Shown: positions 8,198 to 16,524, counted from the stretch's first letter. The stretch is 20,000 nucleotides of DNA from an uncultured virus (IMG/VR IMGVR_UViG_3300005613_000039) (IMGVR_UViG_3300005613_000039); one strand, 5' to 3'. Made by a program: numbers and translations. The notes: a model not told the origin generated them from the letters alone.

Positions 8198-8226
8198 AGT
8201 ATAACATATTTTTTTCAAGATTGCAA
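8198..8226 (-). promoter_or_regulatory. Sigma70-like promoter TTGCAA-N17-TATACT with extended TG
   Basis: Minus strand reads CTTGCAAtcttgaaaaaaataTGtTATACTT, followed by an AGGAGGG SD before the DUF932 gene. Confidence 0.75.
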
Positions 8227-8302
8227 GTTTTTATATTGTTGAAAATAAAGAAGTTATGAGAATTGAAAATTAATTAATCTTAAAATAAAATTCTTCTTTC
8301 TT

Positions 8303-9124
8303 TTATTTTACTATTATATTACATTTCGGCACGTTACAAAGTCCATAAACTTCTTTCACGCTGTATTTATTATTTTCATCCAAAACTATATCAATACTAT
8401 CATATTCAGTCTTTCCATATTGCTTTTTTAAAGTTATATTCTCTAATAATTTCACTTCTAAAACACTTCCTGAACCGTTCCAAGAATCAAAAAATCCCGC
8501 CCAAGCATTTTTTGGAATAGTGATACTCTTTTTAAATTTTTCTTTTATTCCAATTAAACTTTCAATATCGCATTTCATATAAAATATAAATTGATTGACA
8601 CTTGAACATATATTATTTAATTCTTGATTAAAGCTTTTCCAGTCAATTTTATTCTTAAATATTCTTTTTAATGCTTTTATATAATCATGTTTATAAATAA
8701 TTCCATAATCCCTATCTTGCCAGCCAATACCCTCATAATTCGAATGTATGACAACTCTAATTCTAACAGAAGGTGTATTCCTTATTAATTGTTCGATATT
8801 CATGTCCGAAGAAATATAATTGAAAAATTCATCCCTTAACGCTGATATTTCAAATTCTTGTAATTCTGAAAATTCATTTTGCATATTTTTTAATAATTCA
8901 TTTTCTAAATCGCAAATATAATCTAAGCTATTTTCCCATATTTCATCTTGCATATTGTAATATTCTTCTTTACTTGTCATTAACTTTTCAACTTGTTCAA
9001 GAGATAATTTATCTCTATAATCCCAATACACGGTTACAGTATTATTTTTTAAATATTCTATACATTTTTGTTTTAATTCTTCTGATAGTTCTATTTCTTT
9101 ATAAGTAATTATTTTCTTTTTCAT
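8303..9124 (-). CDS. Hypothetical phage protein with an acidic N-terminal half (273 aa)
   Basis: Long ORF with AGGAGG SD; motif GFFDSWNGSGS; no function assignable. Confidence 0.85.
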   Translation of the reverse strand: MKKKIITYKEIELSEELKQKCIEYLKNNTVTVYWDYRDKLSLEQVEKLMTSKEEYYNMQDEIWENSLDYICDLENELLKNMQNEFSELQEFEISALRDEFFNYISSDMNIEQLIRNTPSVRIRVVIHSNYEGIGWQDRDYGIIYKHDYIKALKRIFKNKIDWKSFNQELNNICSSVNQFIFYMKCDIESLIGIKEKFKKSITIPKNAWAGFFDSWNGSGSVLEVKLLENITLKKQYGKTEYDSIDIVLDENNKYSVKEVYGLCNVPKCNIIVK

Positions 9125-9156
9125 TATTACATCCTCCTATTTAAGTATTATTTTGA
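9118..9156. repeat. ~39-bp direct repeat, copy 1 (gene leader, SD and start codon)
   Basis: TTTTCATTATTACATCCTCCTATTTAAGTATTATTTTGA; near-identical copy at 12568-12605. Confidence 0.9.
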
Positions 9157-9167
9157 CTTTTTTGTTA

Positions 9168-9893
9168 TTAATTATTTTCTAAACATTCATCACAGAGTAT
9201 ATAAGAAGGATATTTTTTGACTATACCCTTATATTTGCTTATATCATTTAATATATTAATATTCTCAATAAATTTATTACATTTATTACATACTGGAGCA
9301 TTAAGGCATTGATCGTAATTTTCTATATATTCTAAATATGATATAAAATCTGTTATATTGTCATATATATCTAATTCTTGAATATTTAACACTTCGGCAA
9401 TAAATTGGAGTATACTCCCTAAAACATGACTATTTTCAAAGGTAGTAAAATTATTTGTATCGTTCTCCCATGATAAAAAATCATTATTATATCCAGATAT
9501 AAAGCCATCATAGGAAGTATACTTATTTTTGAGATATTTACAAAAAACATCTTTGTTTTCATAGATAAATTTTTTTATATTTTCGATTTTAGGTGTAATA
9601 ATGCAATCAATAGAATTATTTATATAATTGTATTGTTTCGGGTATTGCAATTTTTCAAATTCTACCTTCTCTATATAGTCATGCAATACATTTTCGATTT
9701 GACTGCAAAATGCCTTTGATATATCTTCTTCATATTGCTCATTATCAATTTCTAAATTATCATATTCGATTTTTCCTTGTTTTTTACTTTCATTAATATA
9801 ATCTATTACATAATGATAGTCAAATTCCCATATAGTGTTATAGAATCCTGAAAATATTGGAAGCCAGGTTTTTATACCTTTTAATTTTTTCAT
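9168..9893 (-). CDS. Hypothetical acidic protein with C-terminal CxxC...CxxC (241 aa)
   Basis: LPIFSGFYNTIW, PKQYNY..NSI, YTSYDGF.S; CNKC and CDEC. Confidence 0.85.
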   Translation of the reverse strand: MKKLKGIKTWLPIFSGFYNTIWEFDYHYVIDYINESKKQGKIEYDNLEIDNEQYEEDISKAFCSQIENVLHDYIEKVEFEKLQYPKQYNYINNSIDCIITPKIENIKKFIYENKDVFCKYLKNKYTSYDGFISGYNNDFLSWENDTNNFTTFENSHVLGSILQFIAEVLNIQELDIYDNITDFISYLEYIENYDQCLNAPVCNKCNKFIENINILNDISKYKGIVKKYPSYILCDECLENN

Positions 9894-9992
9894 AATGTTA
9901 TATTCCTTTTTATTTTATTGGTATGTCGTATAGATAAGTTAATCCTCTTTTATTACACCATTTTTTAACCTTTCTTTTATTTGAATATATAA

Positions 9993-10151
9993 TTATCTTA
10001 CACCAGTGATTTGAATTTCATTTTCTCTTAAATTAATATTATGCTCTTCTTTAAAAACGCTTTGTACTTTTTTTATACAATTCTTCATATTTGAAGCTTC
10101 TACTTCATGAATATCTACTTCATATTTTACATATACAGAATATTCTTTCAT
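9993..10151 (-). CDS. Hypothetical protein (52 aa, MKEYSVYVKY...)
   Basis: Manual translation; GGGAG SD. Confidence 0.65.
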   Translation of the reverse strand: MKEYSVYVKYEVDIHEVEASNMKNCIKKVQSVFKEEHNINLRENEIQITGVR

Positions 10152-10175
10152 GATAATCTCCCATATTAAAGATTA

Positions 10176-10257
10176 TTATTTTATAATTATTAATTCTTCA
10201 TCAAAAATATCTCCAAAATATTCAATAATATCTTCATTTGTCCATGTTTAAATTCAT
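10176..10257 (-). pseudogene. Frameshifted small acidic ORF (MNL-/TWTNEDIIEYFGDIFDEELIIIK)
   Basis: The ATG at 10257 terminates after 7 codons; one extra A after ATG AAT TTA AA would restore a plausible acidic peptide. Confidence 0.35.
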
Positions 10258-10274
10258 ATTACTCTCTTTTCATA

Positions 10275-10493
10275 TTAAACTACATTATATTCAAGTATAT
10301 CTCCATATCCAGATAAATGATTTCCATATTTCTTTTTAAATATATTCATACTTCTTTTTAAGCTTCTAACATTTTTAAATTTCAAAGCACATTTCTCTTG
10401 ACTTGATAAAACAAATTGCCCTTTATATTTCTTACAGTAATACTTTTCATATTCCTTATCATTTAAGGGTTTAAACTTAATTTTTAAAATCAT
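10275..10493 (-). CDS. Hypothetical basic protein (72 aa)
   Basis: AAGGAGG SD. Confidence 0.75.
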   Translation of the reverse strand: MILKIKFKPLNDKEYEKYYCKKYKGQFVLSSQEKCALKFKNVRSLKRSMNIFKKKYGNHLSGYGDILEYNVV

Positions 10494-10504
10494 ATCCGTC
10501 CTCC

Positions 10505-10645
10505 TTAATTATTATTATATTCATTTAATATATATCTGCATTGACTCAAATTGAGATTATATTCTTTTTTAAGTCTATTAAAAGTATAATATAACTCTTT
10601 TGTATCTTTACAGCATGACAATTCTAACAAAATTAAAATATACAT
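10505..10645 (-). CDS. Hypothetical protein (46 aa, MYILILLELS...)
   Basis: Manual translation; fills the gap between neighbours. Confidence 0.4.
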   Translation of the reverse strand: MYILILLELSCCKDTKELYYTFNRLKKEYNLNLSQCRYILNEYNNN

Positions 10646-10647
10646 TT

Positions 10648-11139
10648 TTATTTATTCCAAGAATATTTTTGTCCCTCTAAAATTTCCATTTCCTTGCATA
10701 TATCAGATATTACCCAGTCTAATAAAATCGCTTGTCCCGTTGTACATCTACCCCAATAATGGTTATTTCCCCATGCCAAAACGGGATATCCTCTATTTTT
10801 TAATTTTCTATATAAAAATTCTGATATTATCCACCATTCAAAAATCTCCTGCGGTTGACTACCCAAGTCATATTGATTATATGCTTTTTTACAATAGTCA
10901 CAATAGAAATATCCAAGCTTCTCTGTTAAATCAGTATTGCCACAATGAGGACAACAATTTTCATATATATTGAGTATATCATCATATGTTGGTAATTCGT
11001 TGTTTGATATTCTATAACTTAATTTTAAAATACTGTCCATTTCATAAGAAAAACAAGTATATATTTCCCTTGCTACAAATTGCCCTTTTATTCTCTGATT
11101 TTCTACTGAATTATAATCCATTTTTGTTTTAGTATTCAT
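10648..11139 (-). CDS. Hypothetical phage protein with a zinc ribbon (CPHC...CDYC)
   Basis: GGAGG SD; conserved-looking C-terminus EIFEWW..S..L...L...G.PV......YWGR.TTGQAI.LD.VI. Confidence 0.85.
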   Translation of the reverse strand: MNTKTKMDYNSVENQRIKGQFVAREIYTCFSYEMDSILKLSYRISNNELPTYDDILNIYENCCPHCGNTDLTEKLGYFYCDYCKKAYNQYDLGSQPQEIFEWWIISEFLYRKLKNRGYPVLAWGNNHYWGRCTTGQAILLDWVISDICKEMEILEGQKYSWNK

Positions 11140-11167
11140 TTTTTAATCCTCCAATTATTTTAATTTT

Positions 11168-11365
11168 TTATAAATAGTCAATTATAGCTTGTAAATCGCA
11201 TTTAATTCGTGCTAAATCCCCTATATGAGCGTAATTAATTGTATTTATTCTTTTATCGTCATTATGAATATGTTTCATTTTATTTTTAATTATGTTTAAT
11301 TGCTCTAAAATATTGACCGAATAATTGATATATGTATCTTTAACATCATTTAAATATTTAATCAT
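11168..11365 (-). CDS. Hypothetical protein (65 aa)
   Basis: AAAGGT SD; INYAHIGDL motif. Confidence 0.75.
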   Translation of the reverse strand: MIKYLNDVKDTYINYSVNILEQLNIIKNKMKHIHNDDKRINTINYAHIGDLARIKCDLQAIIDYL

Positions 11366-11390
11366 ATTATTTTACCTTTCATTTAATAAA

Positions 11391-11567
11391 TTATAATTTA
11401 TCGTTATATGTAAACAATATTTCTTTATCTTGAACATTAAAACTATTCATTTCATAATCAAAATATAAATTAGAATAATTTTCGCTTTCTACTTCAATTT
11501 TAATGACTTTTTCTAAATCTTTTTTATTTAATTGTTTTAAATATTTTAATAAATCTTTTCCAGTCAT
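11391..11567 (-). CDS. Hypothetical protein (58 aa, MTGKDLLKYL...)
   Basis: Manual translation; AAAGGA SD. Confidence 0.7.
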   Translation of the reverse strand: MTGKDLLKYLKQLNKKDLEKVIKIEVESENYSNLYFDYEMNSFNVQDKEILFTYNDKL

Positions 11568-11633
11568 TTTTTATCCTTTCAGCCAATATGGCCTTTTTCG
11601 TTTTGTCCATTTAAAAAGATGTTGTTTTTCATT

Positions 11634-11777
11634 TTATCTTGTTTGATATAATTCTATATATTCTTCTCTATCACATTTAGCCACAAAAACTTCATGAAAT
11701 TCTTCAATTAATTCATGTTCTCCTTTACTTTCTAAAAAATCATACATATCACATATAAATTTTTCTTTACTTATCAT
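11634..11777 (-). CDS. Hypothetical acidic protein (47 aa, MISKEKFICD...)
   Basis: Manual translation; AAAGGA SD. Confidence 0.6.
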   Translation of the reverse strand: MISKEKFICDMYDFLESKGEHELIEEFHEVFVAKCDREEYIELYQTR

Positions 11778-11803
11778 AATATTTTTCCTTTCATTTAATA
11801 TAT

Positions 11804-11887
11804 TTATTCAATATTATGTATCAATTCGGCATTTTCGTTTACATCATAAGACTCTGGATATAATTCTTTTAATTGATCTTCATTCAT
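11804..11887 (-). CDS. Small acidic peptide (27 aa, MNEDQLKELYPESYDVNENAELIHNIE)
   Basis: GGAGGT SD; first ORF after the promoter at 11927-11955. Confidence 0.55.
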   Translation of the reverse strand: MNEDQLKELYPESYDVNENAELIHNIE

Positions 11888-11926
11888 TATTATACCTCCA
11901 CATTTTAAAGATTAATATTTTCTTAA

Positions 11927-11955
11927 AGTATAACATTTATTTATTAAAAAAACAA
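11927..11955 (-). promoter_or_regulatory. Sigma70-like promoter TTGTTT-N17-TATACT with extended TG
   Basis: Same ATGTTATACTT -10 context as the promoters at 8198, 14347 and 17023. Confidence 0.65.
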
Positions 11956-11957
11956 GC

Positions 11958-12275
11958 TTATAATTGAATATAAGCATTAATTTTTTCTATTAAATGATCA
12001 ATATTTTTTATAGTACATTTTCTAAATTTTGGCATAATATATTGCTTTGAAAATAATTCAATCTTGCCGTTATTTGACAAGTGAAACATAGCATATTTTG
12101 TATTCTGCAATATATTATTGCTCCAATTCTCTTTTTTATCTTTGCTTATTGTGATTAAAATTGAAAGATTATCTTTGCCGCCCAATGTAGAATATCGAAT
12201 ATGTAAATAATTGACTTGTATTTTCTCTTTTAATGACTCAATAAAAGCTTGAACGTTATCAATATTAAATAACAT
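11958..12275 (-). CDS. Hypothetical protein (105 aa; start revised to MLFNIDN)
   Basis: AAGGGAG SD precedes the ATG at 12275. Confidence 0.8.
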   Translation of the reverse strand: MLFNIDNVQAFIESLKEKIQVNYLHIRYSTLGGKDNLSILITISKDKKENWSNNILQNTKYAMFHLSNNGKIELFSKQYIMPKFRKCTIKNIDHLIEKINAYIQL

Positions 12276-12403
12276 ATATTCTCCCTTCATTAATAGATTA
12301 ATATTATAATCCCATATCAATTTTAGCTTGTCTATAACTTGCTCCGCATATATCGCTTATTAATTGTCTTTTTTCTCTATTATATTTATTTCTTTTTAAT
12401 CGC

Positions 12404-12574
12404 TTATAATCTTTTAAAGCTTGTTCTTTTCTTTGTTTCGAAATTTGTTATTGTAATATTACATTTATTATGATACATTGTATCTTTATCATCATTTGGA
12501 AAACCTTTGATATCTTCTAAAAACTTTGCTTTGATTCTGTAATTAACATCATTTAATTTTATTCTTGTTTTCAT
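12404..12574 (-). CDS. Hypothetical protein (56 aa, MKTRIKLNDV...), possibly truncated
   Basis: Manual translation; starts within repeat copy 2. Confidence 0.6.
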   Translation of the reverse strand: MKTRIKLNDVNYRIKAKFLEDIKGFPNDDKDTMYHNKCNITITNFETKKRTSFKRL

Positions 12575-12605
12575 TATTACACCCCTTATTTAAGTATTAT
12601 TTTGA
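12568..12605. repeat. ~39-bp direct repeat, copy 2
   Basis: TTTTCATTATTACACCCCTTATTTAAGTATTATTTTGA; differs from 9118-9156 only in the SD core. Confidence 0.9.
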
Positions 12606-12662
12606 TATATAAATATACTCCAATTATTTCGCTTATAGTTATAAAAAATATTTCTATCATTA

Positions 12663-12872
12663 TTATATTGCCTGTTCTAATGCTTCTCTTGAAAATTGAG
12701 CCTGCCCGCTTGCCAAATATAAAGCCTTTTGTAATTGCCCCGAATCTTTTAATCTCTGTACCCTATTTAATAGCCATTGTCTATGATACTTTAATTCCTT
12801 AATAGCTTGTTGATCATTTTTGATACTTTGTCCGTATTGCATAGCGTGTTCAGTATTCTTAAATTTAATCAT
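12663..12872 (-). CDS. Hypothetical protein (69 aa; start revised to MIKFKNT)
   Basis: AAAGGT SD before the ATG at 12872. Confidence 0.75.
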   Translation of the reverse strand: MIKFKNTEHAMQYGQSIKNDQQAIKELKYHRQWLLNRVQRLKDSGQLQKALYLASGQAQFSREALEQAI

Positions 12873-12996
12873 AATTTTACCTTTCCATTTTTGTGAATTG
12901 ATATTAAGCATATTAGTTTTATTTACTCTCAAAGCTGTGAATAACCTGTTAATAAGTACCTAATCTGTTATAATTCAACAACTTACAAACAATTAT

Positions 12997-13137
12997 TTAC
13001 TTTCCAAAAACATAGCCCCATAAATAAGCCCCATACTCGTTATTTTTCTTATCAATAAATGTATTGCAACGCTTTCTACTCTTAAACTCTTTAATCTGTC
13101 CAGTCTGTGTATTTCTAGCTTTATAGGTTCGATTCAT
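12997..13137 (-). CDS. Hypothetical protein (46 aa, MNRTYKARNTQTGQ...NEYGAYLWGYVFGK)
   Basis: Manual translation; GAGGT SD. Confidence 0.7.
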   Translation of the reverse strand: MNRTYKARNTQTGQIKEFKSRKRCNTFIDKKNNEYGAYLWGYVFGK

Positions 13138-13170
13138 GGTTTTACCTCTCTGTTATGGATAATAATTTAC

Positions 13171-13230
13171 TTACCGCTTATAATGAATCTTATTTCTTTT
13201 CAAAATCTCTTTTGCTTGTTTAACAGTCAT
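13171..13230 (-). CDS. Short basic peptide (19 aa, MTVKQAKEILKRNKIHYKR)
   Basis: GAGGT SD; leader similar to those of its neighbours. Confidence 0.45.
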   Translation of the reverse strand: MTVKQAKEILKRNKIHYKR

Positions 13231-13244
13231 TTTAACCTCTTTCC

Positions 13245-13382
13245 TTATAGGTCATAAGTTAAAACAAAACCCGCTTCCGCTTCTGTTAATTCTTTAAGCC
13301 TAACCATTACATTGAGCCAGTAAAGCTTATTTTCTACATTGTTTAATACTTCTTTTATCGCTTGTCTTTTTTCTTTAGTCAT
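13245..13382 (-). CDS. Hypothetical protein (45 aa, MTKEKRQAIK...), first gene of the leftward block
   Basis: Manual translation; AAAGGGGT SD; directly downstream of the promoter at 13414-13441. Confidence 0.7.
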   Translation of the reverse strand: MTKEKRQAIKEVLNNVENKLYWLNVMVRLKELTEAEAGFVLTYDL

Positions 13383-13413
13383 GGCTTAACCCCTTTCTTA
13401 TTTACTTAATTAA

Positions 13414-13441
13414 AGTATACACTATGTTAAATGTTTATCAA
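13414..13441 (-). promoter_or_regulatory. Sigma70-like promoter TTGATA-N16-TATACT
   Basis: Consensus match at the head of the leftward gene block. Confidence 0.55.
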
Positions 13442-13449
13442 CCCTTGCA

Positions 13450-14340
13450 AGTAATTATTTTTTATACTTAACTTGTTGTGTTTCAATAACTTATGATAAA
13501 TACTAAAAATAATTTAAAATAAATTTGTAATTAATTCATAAATGTACCTGTTTAAATAAATGCTATGTATTCTCCTTTTATCTAATTATCTTTTATTTAA
13601 TGCTAGTAATAAATAAATTACACTATACAATTAAATAATAAAAATCTATCTATTTAAATAATTGCTATACATTATTAATAAACGCTTATTTGCTTCAGTA
13701 TAATACAGTAATAAACAAAGTAATTAGTATAATAATTGTAAAGTATTGTATAAGAATAAGTTATAGAAATAATACACACATTTGTGTGTATGTTACTTAT
13801 ACAGATAATTAATCATTAATTAAATTTAATGTAAAGTATTGAGACAGAGAGAGTTTGAAGAAAGTTGTATTTTAATAAAGTATACACACATTTAAGGGGT
13901 ACTATGAAATTATAATACAATGATTATAAGATGTTAAACTTTGTTTTATTTCAACAAGTTATAAACATTTTGAGCTTTATAATATAATTAATCGTTTAAT
14001 ATATCGAGTACGGGTCTTATTTCGCAAGTTTTGACTATTTATTATAATCTATAGCACCCTACCTCCAACTCGCTAAATTAAAAAATAAACTTAACCTCTT
14101 ATATTACACTCGTTTAAATAATAAATAATTAATTCTTTTGTCGCAAATAATATATACTTTTTGTTACAAATAAACATTTTTTGAGCTTTAATTTATTGTT
14201 AGTGAATAAGGGGAAATTGAGCAAAATATACATGAATTTTATTAATTCGGAGCAAATATAGTATAAATATATAGATTTTTAATAAAATATATACACTAAA
14301 TATGCAAGAAATGCAGGTTTAAATGTATAATTCTCGATTT
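13450..14340. other. AT-rich non-coding divergent control region (candidate origin, terminus or recombination region)
   Basis: No credible ORFs; coding strand switches here; contains several IHF-like 25-mers, a palindrome at 13772-13791 and direct repeats at 13961/14170. Confidence 0.6.
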
Positions 14341-14346
14341 AATCAC

Positions 14347-14376
14347 TTGACAAGAATATAATTCGTATGTTATACT
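14347..14376 (+). promoter_or_regulatory. Sigma70-like promoter TTGACA-N18-TATACT with extended TG
   Basis: Perfect -35; followed by an AGGAG SD and ATG at 14418. Confidence 0.8.
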
Positions 14377-14417
14377 TTATATATGAGAAATTATAAATTT
14401 AATTTAGGAGAAAGACA

Positions 14418-14582
14418 ATGACTAAAAAAAGAGTTTATATAACAGGAACAGAGTATAACGGTGTGATTATACCACTGGGGTTCTCAAAGACATTAAAGTA
14501 CGCAAAGAAAATAGCCAAACGTCATAAAGATAAAATATATAAACTTATTGAGGTAACAAATGAGCTAACCTGGAAGGAGTGA
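14418..14582 (+). CDS. Hypothetical protein (54 aa, MTKKRVYITG...)
   Basis: Manual translation; AGGAG SD. Confidence 0.7.
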   Translation: MTKKRVYITGTEYNGVIIPLGFSKTLKYAKKIAKRHKDKIYKLIEVTNELTWKE

Positions 14583-14585
14583 GGG

Positions 14586-14735
14586 ATGAAAGGATATTAT
14601 AACGAAGAAGAAGAACAATATCAAAGAAAATTGACTAAAGAAAGATATACTGATTTTATTAAAAGTGGTTTAAGTGCAGGTTTTACAGATGAACAAATGG
14701 ATTGGCTTTGGGAAAATTGTAGCAGATTAACCTAA
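14586..14735 (+). CDS. Hypothetical protein (49 aa, MKGYYNEEEE...)
   Basis: Manual translation; AAGGAG SD. Confidence 0.7.
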   Translation: MKGYYNEEEEQYQRKLTKERYTDFIKSGLSAGFTDEQMDWLWENCSRLT

Positions 14736-14781
14736 AATGTATGAATGATTATTGCGACCATGCAATTACAGGAGATTAACC

Positions 14782-15210
14782 ATGAGTGAAACGACAAAGA
14801 GGATTGAGAGTTTATCTAACGAATTAAGGGATATTGCTATTAAAGCCCAAAAAGAATATACAAAAAATTGCAAGTACTTTGGGCATGATGAACTTGAAGA
14901 AAGTTTACATCAAGGGTATTTAGCCATAACCACCCATCTCCACAAGAACTATGTCCCAAAATCAGAGGTTAAGGGGTTGCAAGTTAAGGTAGATGTTGGA
15001 GAGATTGAGGAGACAATTCGTATTGGCATAAAAGGTATGTTAGCGAATGAATTTTGTATTCACACAATCGAGAGTGCGTCTAAAGAAATCGCAAAGGCGA
15101 TTGTGAAACGTTTAACCCGGAAAGAATTATTACGTCAAGCAACAAAGGGTTTACCTCAGTGGTATAAAGATAAATTAGCTAAAGAATCTTTTAAAAATGA
15201 ATCTTTATAA
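14782..15210 (+). CDS. Hypothetical protein (142 aa; start revised to MSETTKR)
   Basis: AGGAG SD before the ATG at 14782. Confidence 0.75.
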   Translation: MSETTKRIESLSNELRDIAIKAQKEYTKNCKYFGHDELEESLHQGYLAITTHLHKNYVPKSEVKGLQVKVDVGEIEETIRIGIKGMLANEFCIHTIESASKEIAKAIVKRLTRKELLRQATKGLPQWYKDKLAKESFKNESL

Positions 15211-15370
15211 AATATCAACAATTGCTGAAAAGAAAAATGTCAAAATGTATATGCCTTTCTATGTTCAAGGTAAAAATATACAATCTGCTTATTCAAAAGC
15301 TAAAGAGTATATTCGAGATTTATATTTCAAACATAAAGTTGAAATTATTAAAATTGAGAGAGATATATGA
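15197..15370 (+). CDS. Hypothetical protein (57 aa, MNLYKISTIA...)
   Basis: Manual translation; ATGA coupling to the next ORF. Confidence 0.6.
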   Translation: MNLYKISTIAEKKNVKMYMPFYVQGKNIQSAYSKAKEYIRDLYFKHKVEIIKIERDI

Positions 15371-15525
15371 AACAGTTTATTTTAACAGTTTTAGGGGCAT
15401 CAACGGCCAATATTATAACTTTTTTAGTTTATCAAGGATTTGTAAAAAGTTATTTTGGAAAAAATATTCGAGAGGAAATAACTCGATGGTTTAATCAATT
15501 ATCAAGATTATTTAGAAAAAAATAA
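15367..15525 (+). CDS. Small putative membrane protein (52 aa, MKQFILTVLGASTANIITFLVYQG...)
   Basis: ATGA overlap; hydrophobic N-terminus and basic C-terminus. Confidence 0.6.
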   Translation: MKQFILTVLGASTANIITFLVYQGFVKSYFGKNIREEITRWFNQLSRLFRKK

Positions 15526-15527
15526 TT

Positions 15528-15680
15528 ATGAAATCTTACGAAAATAAAATGATAAATAAATTTTTAATGATTATTGGTGATTTTTTGATTAAATTGGGAA
15601 GAAAAATTAATCCTTATACCAGAAGAAGCGATTATTTATTTAAGAAAAGGAGAGAAAAGCTATGTCAAGAGAAGTCGTAG
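15528..15680 (+). CDS. Hypothetical protein (50 aa, MKSYENKMIN...)
   Basis: Manual translation; tight spacing with neighbours. Confidence 0.5.
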   Translation: MKSYENKMINKFLMIIGDFLIKLGRKINPYTRRSDYLFKKRREKLCQEKS

Positions 15681-15781
15681 TTTGTCCAAGATGCGATTCT
15701 TTTATTGGTGAAACAAGTGATTTAGATGTATGTCCAGTATGTGGTTATAATCTCTGTGGTTCGGGAAGTGATGATGATTGA
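15662..15781 (+). CDS. Zinc-ribbon microprotein (39 aa, CPRC...CPVC)
   Basis: MSREVVVCPRCDSFIGETSDLDVCPVCGYNLCGSGSDDD; AGGAG SD. Confidence 0.7.
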   Translation: MSREVVVCPRCDSFIGETSDLDVCPVCGYNLCGSGSDDD

Positions 15782-15908
15782 TGTTTTGGGAAATTTAGCT
15801 TTTGTAATTTTAGTAGTTTTCTTTTTTGGAAATGCATTATTTTTAACCATTTGCTATATTGTATATCAATTTGGAAAAAAGCTATATGAAATTATGTTTA
15901 ATAAGTGA
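15771..15908 (+). CDS. Small membrane protein (~45 aa)
   Basis: Long hydrophobic stretch VLGNLAFVILVVFFFGNALFLTICYIVY; start revised from 15726. Confidence 0.55.
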   Translation: MMIDVLGNLAFVILVVFFFGNALFLTICYIVYQFGKKLYEIMFNK

Positions 15909-16524
15909 TAGTCATGCAGAAGAGTCTAATATTAAAATTCCGGAATGTGATTTATTGATTTGTGCAGAAGATTATGATATAAGAACTCTTGATCATTTAG
16001 AACAATTAAATGGCTGGTTCTATAATCAACCAGCTAAGAAAATTGTCTGGATTGCAGGAAATCATGATTTTTATTGCGAGAAAATTTTAAAAGAGTCTAT
16101 TAACGAAATAGTTAATAATGCTATCTATTTAGAAAACGATTCTGTTACAATTAATGGTTTGAAAATTTGGGGTTCACCTTATTCTGTCATTTTTCATAAT
16201 CAGGCATTTATGTTGCCTGATAATGAATTAGCTAAAATTTGGGCAAAAATCCCAAGTGATACTGATATCGTGATTACACATGGTCCGCCATATGGAATTT
16301 TAGATCAGGTATGTGTTGCGAGTGGAAATTTTAAAGAGAATGCCGGAAGCCCTTCTTTAAGAAATAAAATAAAAGAAATAAAACCTAAATATTTTATTTG
16401 TGGACATATTCATTCTGCATATGGTACATATACAGACGAAAATATCATCTATATTAACGCTTCTTTGATGAATGATAACTATGACGTAATTAATAAACCG
16501 ACTATAATTGATTATGAAAACTAA
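15886..16524 (+). CDS. Calcineurin-like metallophosphoesterase (239FB/MPPED-like)
   Basis: ISDSH, AED (in place of AGD), AGNHD, GSPY, THGPP, GHIH, INAS. Start revised to MKLCLISD. Confidence 0.92.
   Translation: MKLCLISDSHAEESNIKIPECDLLICAEDYDIRTLDHLEQLNGWFYNQPAKKIVWIAGNHDFYCEKILKESINEIVNNAIYLENDSVTINGLKIWGSPYSVIFHNQAFMLPDNELAKIWAKIPSDTDIVITHGPPYGILDQVCVASGNFKENAGSPSLRNKIKEIKPKYFICGHIHSAYGTYTDENIIYINASLMNDNYDVINKPTIIDYEN

Noticed and set aside
13450..14340. Specific attP/dif site for the recombinase
   Set aside because: No convincing 11-6-11 dif-like or tRNA-derived core could be identified by eye.
15222..15494. 90-aa ORF from the track
   Set aside because: Better explained by two coupled ORFs in other frames (15197-15370 and 15367-15525).
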